In this document: piece after piece, positions 19,365-29,184 of the stretch
How positions within the stretch are numbered: position 1 is the stretch's first letter
Layout: the number at the start of each line of letters is the position of its first letter
Source of the DNA: a virus
Virus genome (UHGV): UHGV-0020956
Length of the DNA: 64,000 bases
Direction: 5' to 3' (one strand)
Program-made: the position numbers and the translations under genes
Notes under the pieces: generated by a model
The model's database searches: none
What the model saw: only the letters and a program-made list of their open reading frames with translations
What the model was told of the DNA's origin: nothing

Positions 19365-19883
19365 TTATTTGCCTTTCTTTTTCTCTACGAACTCGACATA
19401 ATCTGGTTCAAGCATTTCAGCTAATCTTTTTTGTTTTCTTACTCTTTTTTGCTTTTCTATCATTACTTCTCTTTGAAATTCTGGTTTTACGGCTTCTTTT
19501 ATTTTAGCCGCTGACTTATTTTTTACCTTTAATGACGGTTCAAGGTTATTTAAATATCCTTTGAGATATTCAGAGGTTTTAAATCTAACCATGTACGTCA
19601 ATGGTATCATAACGTTATTTTTCTGCTTCGTCTGAATATTATATACTCTCTTGATTGCTCCACCGCATGTGGAAATCTTAAAAGTACCAATATTAGGAAT
19701 ATTGAAATAACCGTTATTCTTTATTTCGTCTGCCATAATTTCAATAAAGGTTTTCATGCATAACTTAGCCATTTCAGTTGTGAAACTTGGTTTAGTTTTC
19801 TTAACTGAAACGGCTATCAGTTCTGCGAGTTCGTTAGGGCTTAAAGACTTAACAATGACACCATCTTTATTAGGTCTTGCCAT
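19365..19883 (-). CDS. HU/IHF-family DNA-binding protein with Lys-rich C-terminal extension
   Basis: 172 aa; LSPNELAELIA...FIEIMADEI..GTFKISTCGGAIKRVYN matches HU fold pattern (helix-helix then beta arm). Confidence 0.6.
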   Translation of the reverse strand: MARPNKDGVIVKSLSPNELAELIAVSVKKTKPSFTTEMAKLCMKTFIEIMADEIKNNGYFNIPNIGTFKISTCGGAIKRVYNIQTKQKNNVMIPLTYMVRFKTSEYLKGYLNNLEPSLKVKNKSAAKIKEAVKPEFQREVMIEKQKRVRKQKRLAEMLEPDYVEFVEKKKGK

Positions 19884-19903
19884 AACTTATTGCTCCTTTA
19901 TGA

Positions 19904-20257
19904 TTACTCTACAAAAGGTGCATCCTGTGTCTTTTCCTTAACAGTTTCTCTTAACTTCTTAGACATCTTGAATACTGGCTTGGTGTAGTCTGGTGTTGCA
20001 CTTAACTTTCCAATTTCACCAGTAGCAGGATTAATAATACCAGTTCTTTCTGGTCTACCCTTAATGGTAGTGAAATCAATCTTACCAAAGCCGTTCATAT
20101 CAAACTTCTTACCAGATGCAATGCAAGTAGCGGCAATCTCATAAAACGCAGTCAGAACAGCCTTTGTGTCCTTCTGAGTAGCCTGTGCCTTATATGCTAC
20201 CATTTTTACTAACTCTGCGGTGCTAACCTTAGATACCTTAATTGCTTTCTTTGCCAT
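19904..20257 (-). CDS. HU/IHF-family DNA-binding protein
   Basis: 117 aa; STAELVKMVAYKAQATQKDTKAVLTAFYEI...GFGKIDFTTIKGRPERTGINPATGE is a near-canonical HU motif (GFGKF..R..R.GRNP.TGE). Confidence 0.7.
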   Translation of the reverse strand: MAKKAIKVSKVSTAELVKMVAYKAQATQKDTKAVLTAFYEIAATCIASGKKFDMNGFGKIDFTTIKGRPERTGIINPATGEIGKLSATPDYTKPVFKMSKKLRETVKEKTQDAPFVE

Positions 20258-20502
20258 AATAAATTACCTCATTTCTTTCTTTTTATTCGTTTTATTCTTT
20301 TATTTCTTAGGGGATTTGGTGAGAGCCTATAAAGGTCACTCCCATACCCCTTTGATTTTTATTTTTGGACTTTCTCTATCCATTAATAGAAAACGATTTT
20401 ACCCTTTCAAAAAGTGGTCTAAATTTCAATACTTTTTGTATAAAATAATTTTATTTTTGAAAGCACCTATTTTACACCCTTATTTTGCTTTATTGAAAAA
20501 AT

Positions 20503-21261
20503 TTAGACTGTTTTTAAACATTTTTTACAAACCGTAGTTAAAGTATTGTCAACCTTAATAAGTTTACCACATTTTGAACACATTGCATAGCCCTCTTTGT
20601 AAGTCGCAATCAAAAGGTTTCCCAAATTCTCCATTTCGCTGATTCTGAAAACTGGTTCCATTCCCTCATAATCATCTAACATTTTTACTTTAATGTTCAA
20701 ATTGTCGCAAGAGTTTGTAACCTCAACCAAACCTTTGCTTTTCAACTCGCCAATCAGCTTCATGCGTTCAAAAGCAGTACAAGCCACATTTGACAACTCA
20801 AACCAATCACCAATATCTTTTATGGTCTTAAGATTTAACCAACCGTTAGCCGCTTTATAATGAGCCATAACATATGCAGAAAACATCAGCTTACGTTCTC
20901 GGTCAGTTTCACCTTTAAATACTTGCGTCATATCCCATGAGTAAATATCTATATACTGTATACGACTTAAAGGTTTAATAACATCTTTTCTTAAATTGTC
21001 ATACACATTCATAATCATTTTACGCCATTTTTCATGTACGTATTCTTTTTGGTAGATTTTAGTCATAGCAATTTGTACTAACTGTTCTACTTGATATAGA
21101 GCATAATCAAACTCTTTATCAGAATAGTATTTAATCAGCCATAAGAGAAATTTAAAAAAACCTATATCTGGTTTAACAATTTCCTTTGTTTTATCAGAAA
21201 AAATGCTTTCTAAAACATTTCTTACATACTGGTTTTCATTAAGAATTATTTTATTCTTCAT
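20503..21261 (-). CDS. hypothetical protein with C-terminal Zn-ribbon
   Basis: 252 aa; CSKCGKLIKVDNTLTTVCKKCLK at C-terminus. Confidence 0.4.
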   Translation of the reverse strand: MKNKIILNENQYVRNVLESIFSDKTKEIVKPDIGFFKFLLWLIKYYSDKEFDYALYQVEQLVQIAMTKIYQKEYVHEKWRKMIMNVYDNLRKDVIKPLSRIQYIDIYSWDMTQVFKGETDRERKLMFSAYVMAHYKAANGWLNLKTIKDIGDWFELSNVACTAFERMKLIGELKSKGLVEVTNSCDNLNIKVKMLDDYEGMEPVFRISEMENLGNLLIATYKEGYAMCSKCGKLIKVDNTLTTVCKKCLKTV

Positions 21262-21299
21262 ATCTTATACTCCTATTTTATTACATTTTCATTGACTTG

Positions 21300-21974
21300 T
21301 CAATCATTTTCGTGTAATTTCTTTAAATTTTTTATTATTAAATCACCAACAACAGCCCAACAGAAATATTTATTCTTATTCTTTCCATAGCACAAATCAA
21401 GCATGATATTAACAAGTCTATCTTTGTTTGGACAAATTTCTTCTGCTCTTGCTCTAAATTCTTGCTGAATACTCATAATTCTTGTATTTGCATCTTCTGT
21501 ACTTAAATTCTTTTCAATCACAATTTTCTTAAACTGTTTAATACGTTTGATATATTCTTTTTCAAGATTTTCAATATCCTCTTTTGTTTTAGGTGAGCTT
21601 CTCTGAATAGGAGATTTAAGAAATTCATAATCAAAGCCTTTAGATTTAAGTTCTGCCACTCGACCATCAAATTCACTTTCCACATATCGGCAAATTCGGT
21701 TCATAGTAGAATTAGAAATATTCACAGGCATTTTTATATTATACCATTTTAAAAACTTTTGCTGTTCTTCTGTAAGACTTTGTTTTTCTCTTAATTCATT
21801 TACTTTACAGCCGTAAAGCATAATACATTTAAGGTCACAGTTTTTTATATAACTATCATAATCTTTCTTTAAAGAAGAATAATTATAAATAAAGTAATAG
21901 GGCTTTTTATCTGTTACGATTGCTTTGTCTAATGTAGTGGTACATAGCTTTGGAACATACCAATACTTAGGCAT
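21300..21974 (-). CDS. hypothetical protein
   Basis: 224 aa ORF. Confidence 0.4.
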   Translation of the reverse strand: MPKYWYVPKLCTTTLDKAIVTDKKPYYFIYNYSSLKKDYDSYIKNCDLKCIMLYGCKVNELREKQSLTEEQQKFLKWYNIKMPVNISNSTMNRICRYVESEFDGRVAELKSKGFDYEFLKSPIQRSSPKTKEDIENLEKEYIKRIKQFKKIVIEKNLSTEDANTRIMSIQQEFRARAEEICPNKDRLVNIMLDLCYGKNKNKYFCWAVVGDLIIKNLKKLHEND

Positions 21975-22191
21975 TTCCTTGCATACAATTCCTTTTAGTT
22001 TCCTTTATACCCTCTGTCACCAGATATTTATTAAGGGAGTAGACTATCTCTTCACTCAATATTTCTATTAAGGTTCGGCACTTCCAAACAAGGAATTTCA
22101 CCTTGAATGTACTGGTTTCATAATCTTTGTATAAAGACCGTATACCATAGTCGTTACACCGTTCAAAAACGTCACCGTTTAAGCTTGGCAC
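21967..22191 (-). CDS. hypothetical small protein
   Basis: 74 aa ORF overlapping next gene start. Confidence 0.3.
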   Translation of the reverse strand: MPSLNGDVFERCNDYGIRSLYKDYETSTFKVKFLVWKCRTLIEILSEEIVYSLNKYLVTEGIKETKRNCMQGNA

Positions 22192-22293
22192 GGCATTGAG
22201 TTTAATGTGACTTTTCCACCGTTAGCAAGATTTTTATAATCTCACACCCTGCATTTACAGGTTCACCGAATTTTACTTGAACTCAACAAAAAG

Positions 22294-24084
22294 TCAATCC
22301 AAGGTATTTTGCTGATATAACTGTCCACACAAAATACGTTTTGATAATTCTTTATATTCATTTGTATTTTCATTAAGCAACGCTAATTTATCTATCTGTG
22401 CCGATACTCTATTAGTGATTGTACCTACCTCTGAGCCTAATCCCATACGGTTACTTTTCCTAATATCGTTTCTTTTAACAACTTTTTTCTCACCTTTACG
22501 TTGCACACAATCAATAGCATTTGTATATTTATAAGCACTTAAAAGTACGTTATTATTAGTAGAATATATAGAGTCGCTGTCAAAATCGCTCCCGTTCAAA
22601 GCCATACATATAGTATCCCAATCATTCAATATCATCATTGTATTTAAATATTTATACCATTCTTTGCATTTTTCATTATTACTTACTTTCATTTTCCTAA
22701 TATTATTATGAGAAGTCATTGGAGAACGAAAACAAACCACCTCGTTCACACCTTTATCTATCCAATATTGTGAATAAATTTCGTTAGCTTTCAATAATCC
22801 AGTAACTTCCAAACTATATATACTTTGCATTAAAGCATAAGGGTCACCCATAATAATCTGATAATTCCCCTCAACTTTTAATTTTCCAATCTTAGCTTGA
22901 TTAATCTTTTTCTTAATCATTTTGTTAATTCTGTCAATCACATAAGGGTCATTCATCATTCTTTCGTCCAAATATAACGCTTGTGCATAATCTTTAGTTT
23001 TAGTTTTTTCACCAACACCTAAAAATTCTTTTGTTTTTTGATAATCTCCGGCAAACGCCATTTTCAACCAATCAACAGTAGGTTTACATAATTCTATAAT
23101 CTGCTCGTCTGTCAGTTCATAACTTTGCAAATACTGATAATTTGTTTCTCTTGTATCCTCTAACTTTTTAGGTGTTACCTTTGTAGCAGAAAACCTATAT
23201 CCGTTTTCATAATAACACTTGTGGTATTCTTCCCAACTTGAATAATTATCCCATAGTTTAAGACTGGATTCAGTGATAATCATATCTATATCTCGAATAT
23301 CTCTTTCAGTACCCCAAATGTCTTTTACTTTATATCCTTTACCAACTTCCTCAGCAAATTTTATAATCTCAAAAACGTTTAACATACCTTTCAGATAAGC
23401 ATTTCTTAAACAAATACCACTTGGCAGATAATCAAGACCTAGTTTAGCAGCAACTCTTTGCATATATTCTGGTGTACAAAGGTTCATACCGTCACTACCG
23501 TTGTTTTCTAAGTCTGCACCAAATTTTTCCTCAACGATAGGTTCGTCTGTTTCACTATCATCAATCCTAACCACATCACCCTTAAACTTAGTGATACAAT
23601 CTCGTACAACCAATACAGAGCGTGGTTCTGGTATCTCAACGGATGCTGAATAGGTCAGAGCAATATAAGCCTCTAATTTAGCTGGTATGGCTTTGTAATC
23701 TTTCTTTCTGCCACAATCAGTCCTCTTAATCAACTCTGGTAAAATATCTTCTCTCACAAACAGCAAAGTGTTATTTTTAAGACCGCCAGTAGTTCCAACA
23801 GCCCACAAAAATCTTTTACCATTTAAAATCACACCTGTTTTAGACGTAACCTTGTCATAATCACTCATTGAGGAAATCTCCACAGCAAGCATTAAATCCG
23901 TCATATCTTGCTTGTACCGCTTGCTACCCACAATTAAATCTATCAGTCGAAACGCTTGTGAATCAAACAAGTCAATCAATTCATCTAAACGAACTGCCAA
24001 TTCTTTAGATAAAGTAATCTGCCAGTTGTTCATTCGGAATCGTTCAGACGAAATCTTGAAAATCTTTCTACGCTTGTTTTGCAT
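22294..24084 (-). CDS. large hypothetical protein, first gene of leftward operon; contains N-x-x-D-F-D-x-D motif
   Basis: 596 aa; LNGSDFDSDS near C-terminus resembles the NADFDGD metal-binding signature of multisubunit/YonO-like RNA polymerases; otherwise no recognisable domain. Confidence 0.35.
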   Translation of the reverse strand: MQNKRRKIFKISSERFRMNNWQITLSKELAVRLDELIDLFDSQAFRLIDLIVGSKRYKQDMTDLMLAVEISSMSDYDKVTSKTGVILNGKRFLWAVGTTGGLKNNTLLFVREDILPELIKRTDCGRKKDYKAIPAKLEAYIALTYSASVEIPEPRSVLVVRDCITKFKGDVVRIDDSETDEPIVEEKFGADLENNGSDGMNLCTPEYMQRVAAKLGLDYLPSGICLRNAYLKGMLNVFEIIKFAEEVGKGYKVKDIWGTERDIRDIDMIITESSLKLWDNYSSWEEYHKCYYENGYRFSATKVTPKKLEDTRETNYQYLQSYELTDEQIIELCKPTVDWLKMAFAGDYQKTKEFLGVGEKTKTKDYAQALYLDERMMNDPYVIDRINKMIKKKINQAKIGKLKVEGNYQIIMGDPYALMQSIYSLEVTGLLKANEIYSQYWIDKGVNEVVCFRSPMTSHNNIRKMKVSNNEKCKEWYKYLNTMMILNDWDTICMALNGSDFDSDSIYSTNNNVLLSAYKYTNAIDCVQRKGEKKVVKRNDIRKSNRMGLGSEVGTITNRVSAQIDKLALLNENTNEYKELSKRILCGQLYQQNTLD

Positions 24085-24249
24085 ATAACGTTTTAGACCT
24101 CCTTTTATATAATTATTATATATATTATTATTACATATTAATGTTATAAAGTCAATATATATTATTATAATTTATTATATTATAAATATTTATGTTATAT
24201 ATAATATATTATATATATAATTATTAAAAAAATAATAAAAAAAGGGAGT

Positions 24250-24355
24250 CAAACTACACAAATTGCTAAATTTACCGTCATAGTGGAACAAAAGACGCTT
24301 GTCGGCTTTTGGAACGCTATAGGTAAATTTCGTTCTATGCAATTTGTGTAGTTTG
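24250..24355. promoter_or_regulatory. long interrupted hairpin/cruciform in divergent control region
   Basis: perfect 17-bp inverted repeat caaactacacaaattgc (24250-24266) / gcaatttgtgtagtttg (24339-24355) with nested aaatttacc/ggtaaattt pairing; followed by GC-rich hairpins to ~24470. Confidence 0.5.
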
Positions 24356-24510
24356 AAACTGCAAGCATATTTCAAGGAATTGACGTGCCTGTGGCACGGC
24401 AATGACTGCTATTTGCGGCAGTCCCCTAAGCCACTGCATAACCCACGGCATAAAGAACCAATAACGATTTACATATTTATATTAATATTATATAATATAT
24501 ATTATACCCC

Positions 24511-24539
24511 TTGACATATTCTATATTATATGATATAAT
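24511..24539 (+). promoter_or_regulatory. sigma-70-type promoter for rightward early operon
   Basis: TTGACA-17 nt-TATAAT, consensus hexamers. Confidence 0.6.
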
Positions 24540-24582
24540 CGGAGTATGAAGTTGATTAATAGTAATGGAAAGTATTAAAAAT

Positions 24583-24659
24583 TTAAGATTTTTTGTACGT
24601 CAAATGTTACAAGTAGTAATTTTTATATATTATAACATTTATAGTACAAAAAATCTTAA
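24583..24659 (+). promoter_or_regulatory. 16-bp perfect inverted repeat in 5' leader (operator or attenuator hairpin)
   Basis: ttaagattttttgtac (24583-24598) / gtacaaaaaatcttaa (24644-24659), 45-bp spacer, between promoter and first early gene. Confidence 0.45.
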
Positions 24660-24715
24660 AACATTATAAATTTTATTTGCTTTATTTACAATTTAACATA
24701 AAGGAGGAAAATAAA

Positions 24716-25678
24716 ATGTTAGAATTTAATAAAAGTTATAAATACAAAGAATTGTGCGAAGCATTAAATTTAGAACGTAAAACAGGCTCTTCAAAAATTT
24801 ATCAATTACAAAGATTACAAAGTCAATATGAAATTTTAAAAAATGGAACATACTATACAATATTAAGAGAATATACAGACCAAGAGAAAAGTATTATCGA
24901 CCTTAAAGGAATGTACCAGAAATCCATCGAAGCAATTTTAAGTGATGTTTTATCTAAACAAAAAGAAAATCTCTTAGTTGTTTCTACTGGACAGCTTATG
25001 CAAATGTGTGCTTTAGTTAATCAAGATTATATGTATTGTAAATACAATCCAGTATACGCTTCTTTAATTTTAGATACAGACCCAGACATATTTGAAAATT
25101 ATCTTAATACTACTTATAGTATGTTAGGTAATTTAATTAAAAGAGTTTTAGAACAGCTTGCTAAAAAAGATATTATTTTTTATAGAAAATCATTTAGAAT
25201 CTATAAGAAAGAAAATAATTATACAACTTCTTTAGATATTGAGCCAGAATCAAAAGATGAAGAAAAAATTTTAGAAATTGAACAAAGAATCATTAAAGAA
25301 TTAGGTTGTAGAAATTTAAGAGATGTATATGCAAACCACAATAATATTCTTAATTTTCAGTTAAAGGTTGCTATTGAAATTACTAAAATTTTTCCGGGAT
25401 ATACTGGGTATTGTAGAGTTCATAGAATCAGTTTTAATCCTAAATTTATGGATTATAACAAGAAAAATGTTTGCAAAGAAATCAATATGCACATTAAAGA
25501 AAAAATTAAAACAAATGATAGAAAAGAATTAGAAGAATTAGACGAAAAACTGTTAAACACATATATTGAAGCAACTATTGAATTATCTTGTCCTTATAAT
25601 TTAAAAGAAACTATTATGAAGTATAAAGAAAATAGAATAGACCCTAATTTCTTTTGCTTAGATAGTCCTCTTGATTAA
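24716..25678 (+). CDS. hypothetical early protein, paralogue A (start at second Met with strong RBS)
   Basis: aaaggaggaaaataaaATG; N-terminus MLEFNKSYKYKELCEALN... paralogous to 26765-27697. Confidence 0.55.
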   Translation: MLEFNKSYKYKELCEALNLERKTGSSKIYQLQRLQSQYEILKNGTYYTILREYTDQEKSIIDLKGMYQKSIEAILSDVLSKQKENLLVVSTGQLMQMCALVNQDYMYCKYNPVYASLILDTDPDIFENYLNTTYSMLGNLIKRVLEQLAKKDIIFYRKSFRIYKKENNYTTSLDIEPESKDEEKILEIEQRIIKELGCRNLRDVYANHNNILNFQLKVAIEITKIFPGYTGYCRVHRISFNPKFMDYNKKNVCKEINMHIKEKIKTNDRKELEELDEKLLNTYIEATIELSCPYNLKETIMKYKENRIDPNFFCLDSPLD

Positions 25679-26071
25679 AAAACGAAATATTATAATTTTT
25701 ATAATGAAAAAAATAATTAGGTACTATTAAAATCGTCCAATATATAAGTTCTCAGTATTGAACGATTTAGATAGTACCTATTTAATTAAATATTAATAAA
25801 AATATTAAATGTTTTTGAATTTTTGTACTATCAAATGTATCTAATAAGGTGCTCTCTATATCTGATACATTTAAAGTGACAAAAAATAAAAAATTATTTA
25901 TAAAAATCATTATTATTATTATTTAATTAAGAGCGTCCAAACAGACGTTCTTTTTTTGTTACTTAATTCCGCTAATATATTTATTACAAAATATTTTCAA
26001 AATTACTCTTGACATATATGATTTCTTATGCTATTGTATAGTTATCACATACAGAAAGGTGGTACAATGAA

Positions 26072-26755
26072 TTGGAGAAACCGACAAAGAAAGTTATTAT
26101 TATCAACGGCTCTGGTGGAGTTGGTAAGGACGCTTTTGCTAAAAGAGTTATTGAAGAAACTGTTAAAATGGCAAAACGTACTAGCTACACTACAGAACAA
26201 ATTAAAAATGGTCAGATTTGTAATTATGCTGTTGACCCAGAGATTTATTACAGAAGCAATAATATTTCCACTATTGATTGTGTAAAAAATATTGCTAGAA
26301 TGTTTGACTGGAATGGTGAAAAATCTGAAAAGGATAGGAAAATGTTAAGCGACCTAAAGGATTTAATGACAGTCTATAATGATTATCCTTTTAAACATAT
26401 CGTTACTCAAATTGCCGACTGGTTACGTTATGATAAATCAAGACCAAATGATATGTATGACCACTCATTTCTTTTTGTCCACTGTAGAGAACCTAAAGAG
26501 ATTGATAGGATAAAGAATCAGTTCCCTAATAATACTTTTACTTTATTAGTACAAAATCCTAAAGTCGCAAAGGTAACTGATAATCACGCTGACAGAGAAG
26601 TTGAAAATTACAACTATGATTTTACTGTGATTAATGATTCCGACCTTAGAGCATTAAGAAAAGTTACTATTGATTTTTACAAAAAAATCTTTAATCAAGG
26701 CTTTACAAAATATAAGTTTGTTGCTTCTGATTATGATTTTGACCCAGAGGAATGA
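26072..26755 (+). CDS. P-loop NTPase, putative (deoxy)nucleotide kinase
   Basis: TTG start after aaaggtgg; Walker A IIINGSGGVGKD; size 227 aa similar to phage dNMP kinases. Confidence 0.4.
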   Translation: MEKPTKKVIIINGSGGVGKDAFAKRVIEETVKMAKRTSYTTEQIKNGQICNYAVDPEIYYRSNNISTIDCVKNIARMFDWNGEKSEKDRKMLSDLKDLMTVYNDYPFKHIVTQIADWLRYDKSRPNDMYDHSFLFVHCREPKEIDRIKNQFPNNTFTLLVQNPKVAKVTDNHADREVENYNYDFTVINDSDLRALRKVTIDFYKKIFNQGFTKYKFVASDYDFDPEE

Positions 26756-26764
26756 GATAACCAA

Positions 26765-27697
26765 ATGTTAGAAATTGGTAAAACATATCGTTATAAAGAA
26801 CTTTGTGAAGCCGTAGGGAAAGACAATGTTATAGGGTCTTATAAGACCACTTTACTTAAAGGTATTTATAAGGATTATGAGGTTGTCCATAAAAACGGCT
26901 TCTATAAAATCATAAGAGAATATACACAACAAGAAAAAGAAGCAAAAGAAATCAAAGGTATGTATCAAAAACTCCTTGAAGCCATATTAAGTAATTTCCT
27001 ATCTCAGCAAGATAATTATTCAGTCTGTACTTCAATGATGGAATTACTTATAGCTTGTGGAATTATCAATACAGACTTTAAATATTGTAGGTATAATATT
27101 GATTCTTCGTCTAAAATACTTAAAAGTGACCCTTATGATTTGGAGGAATATATCACAAAGTCCTATAATCTTCTTAGTCGAATGTTTAAAGATATTCTCG
27201 ACCAGTTGGAAAGTAAGGCTCTAATCAAATGTCGAAAAGGGTACAAGCTGTTCAAAGTCAATAACATGGGGTTACAAAGCGGTAGCAAGGTGGTAACTCT
27301 TGGCTCAAAAGAGGAAACGATAATTATCAAGGCTGAGGAAGAAGGACTTAAGGAAATGGGTCTTACTAAGCTGTTTGAGGTGTATAGGAATGAAATCAAT
27401 ATTGAAACATTCAAAAAAATCACAAATAGAAAGATAAAAGAACAGTTTCCAGATTATGACGGTTATTATAAAGTATACCATATTACTTTAAATCGCACTG
27501 GACTTTGGGAGAATAAGAATAATATCTATAAAGAACTAAACAAAAAAATTCAGACTAAGTTATTAAAGAATAAAGGTTTATCTGAAATAACGCAGTTAAA
27601 GAAAATGGTAGACGCTACAATTAATTTGTCCAGACCATTTAAGATACAGGAGAATGTAAAACTTATGAAAAAATTGGAGGTAAACGAAAATGAGTGA
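26765..27697 (+). CDS. hypothetical early protein, paralogue B
   Basis: 310 aa; MLEIGKTYRYKELCEAVG..YKIIREYTQQEK..KGMYQK.LEAILS shared with paralogue A. Confidence 0.55.
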   Translation: MLEIGKTYRYKELCEAVGKDNVIGSYKTTLLKGIYKDYEVVHKNGFYKIIREYTQQEKEAKEIKGMYQKLLEAILSNFLSQQDNYSVCTSMMELLIACGIINTDFKYCRYNIDSSSKILKSDPYDLEEYITKSYNLLSRMFKDILDQLESKALIKCRKGYKLFKVNNMGLQSGSKVVTLGSKEETIIIKAEEEGLKEMGLTKLFEVYRNEINIETFKKITNRKIKEQFPDYDGYYKVYHITLNRTGLWENKNNIYKELNKKIQTKLLKNKGLSEITQLKKMVDATINLSRPFKIQENVKLMKKLEVNENE

Positions 27698-27938
27698 AAT
27701 TAAAAAAACAGAAAATGGTGTTACAACTAAGTATAAAGGAGTATGGAACGCTACCATATGTGTTGAAGAAGAATTTGGTAGTGATACATTTACAGAGGAA
27801 GAATTACATGATTTTGTGAATAGATGTGGTAAATATACTGAGGAGAAATTACAGAAAGTTGTTGAAGAAATCTTATCAAAAACTTTAGAGGGTAAAGTAA
27901 GCGTAACTAATTTCAATTATAATTTTAAGAAATTGTAA
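27690..27938 (+). CDS. hypothetical small protein
   Basis: 82 aa ORF with RBS ggaggtaaacgaaaATG. Confidence 0.4.
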   Translation: MSEIKKTENGVTTKYKGVWNATICVEEEFGSDTFTEEELHDFVNRCGKYTEEKLQKVVEEILSKTLEGKVSVTNFNYNFKKL

Positions 27939-28105
27939 ATAAATAATAGTAAAGGAGAATAAAACCATGGGAATTTCTTGTAAAGGTATTGGAAAAATGA
28001 GAGGAATTATGGATAAGTTAAAGAAAGAACAGGCTCTTGAAGCTGAAAAAATTAGGTTGGAGAAGAAAGGTAATAAAAAAGATAAGAAAGTAAAGGAGAA
28101 ATGAT

Positions 28106-28426
28106 ATGGAACATATTTTACAGTTAGGTATTAACATTGATGATGAAAGAATTAAAAATATGGTGGGAGCCAAAGCTGAAAAAGCACTTAATGAAAACGT
28201 TAAAAGTGACGTTATTGAAGCTTTAACAGGAAAAAGAGATAGTAATAATTGGGAGTATTCAAGGAGATTAGAGTCTTTAGTTAATGACACTATGGAAAAG
28301 TTTTGTGTAGACAACAAAGAAGAAATCATTAACTTAGCGGCTAATAGACTTGTGGAAAAGTTGTCGAGAACAAAAGCTGCTAAAGAAGCTACTGAAAAAG
28401 TTCTTAAGGAAATAGAAAATAAGTAA
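28106..28426 (+). CDS. hypothetical protein
   Basis: 106 aa ORF with RBS ggagaaatgatATG. Confidence 0.4.
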   Translation: MEHILQLGINIDDERIKNMVGAKAEKALNENVKSDVIEALTGKRDSNNWEYSRRLESLVNDTMEKFCVDNKEEIINLAANRLVEKLSRTKAAKEATEKVLKEIENK

Positions 28427-28492
28427 TAAAAATAATTTCACTGTAAGCAGATTATACGTTTGCTTACAGTAAAAATTTATAAGGAGCGGAAA

Positions 28493-29176
28493 ATGAAAAC
28501 AATTTTTAACTGGATTGCAGATGATTGGCGTAGAGTAAAAAATCATTGTAGAACAACAGATAATAAGGATTTTACAGAAAAAGATGCTACAGAAACTTTT
28601 AAGAAAAAATTACTTATTTCTGAGCATAGCCCTATTAGATTACTTGAATTTGATTGGACTTGGAGAACAATTAAATACTGGTTAAGCACTGAAATGAGCC
28701 GTCATAGGTATGAAAAATTTATATCTACAGCAAGAGATGATAGAGGATTTTCAGAACTTAATACTGAAAAAGGTTATACAGTATGGGACGAAGCTACTAA
28801 ACAGAATATTGAATATCACCCATTATCCAGAGATGATGCACCACAGAAAAATCCTGTAAATTTTGATGGTTACGCTAACATGCAGAATTTAATTGACGTT
28901 TGGCGTAAAAGATTATGTTTCTGCTGTACTAAAGACGCAAGAGAACTGGCAGAAGATTTCAAATATGTTTTACATGAAACTCACCCTATTGAAGCTGACG
29001 TATTACAGAAAAATTGTATATATAGATGTGGTTGTCCAGAATTTAAGTCTTGTGGATACTGGGAAAATTTTTGCAAGAAACACAGTAAAGAAGATTTGAC
29101 AAATATTCAGACAAGATATGATTTGGCTAATAAAGAGTTTTATGAAAATTATAATAAACGTAAGTCAGAAGAATAG
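28493..29176 (+). CDS. ThyX-like (flavin-dependent thymidylate synthase-like) protein, tentative
   Basis: start at ATG after ataaggagcggaaa; contains RHR-x-like motif TEMSRHRYEKFISTARDDR and HSP..LE.F.W segments reminiscent of ThyX signature. Confidence 0.35.
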   Translation: MKTIFNWIADDWRRVKNHCRTTDNKDFTEKDATETFKKKLLISEHSPIRLLEFDWTWRTIKYWLSTEMSRHRYEKFISTARDDRGFSELNTEKGYTVWDEATKQNIEYHPLSRDDAPQKNPVNFDGYANMQNLIDVWRKRLCFCCTKDARELAEDFKYVLHETHPIEADVLQKNCIYRCGCPEFKSCGYWENFCKKHSKEDLTNIQTRYDLANKEFYENYNKRKSEE

Positions 29177-29184
29177 GAGAGATT

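Noticed and set aside
24190-24402. 70-aa minus-strand ORF in the divergent control region
   Set aside because: It overlaps the long inverted repeat and hairpins, has no RBS and is low-complexity (NYIYNILYIT), so it is a non-coding regulatory region.
26028-26285. 85-aa ORF starting at ATG 26067 overlapping the kinase gene
   Set aside because: The alternative frame lacks any motif. The kinase frame carries a canonical Walker A and continues for 227 aa, so the TTG-initiated kinase frame is preferred.
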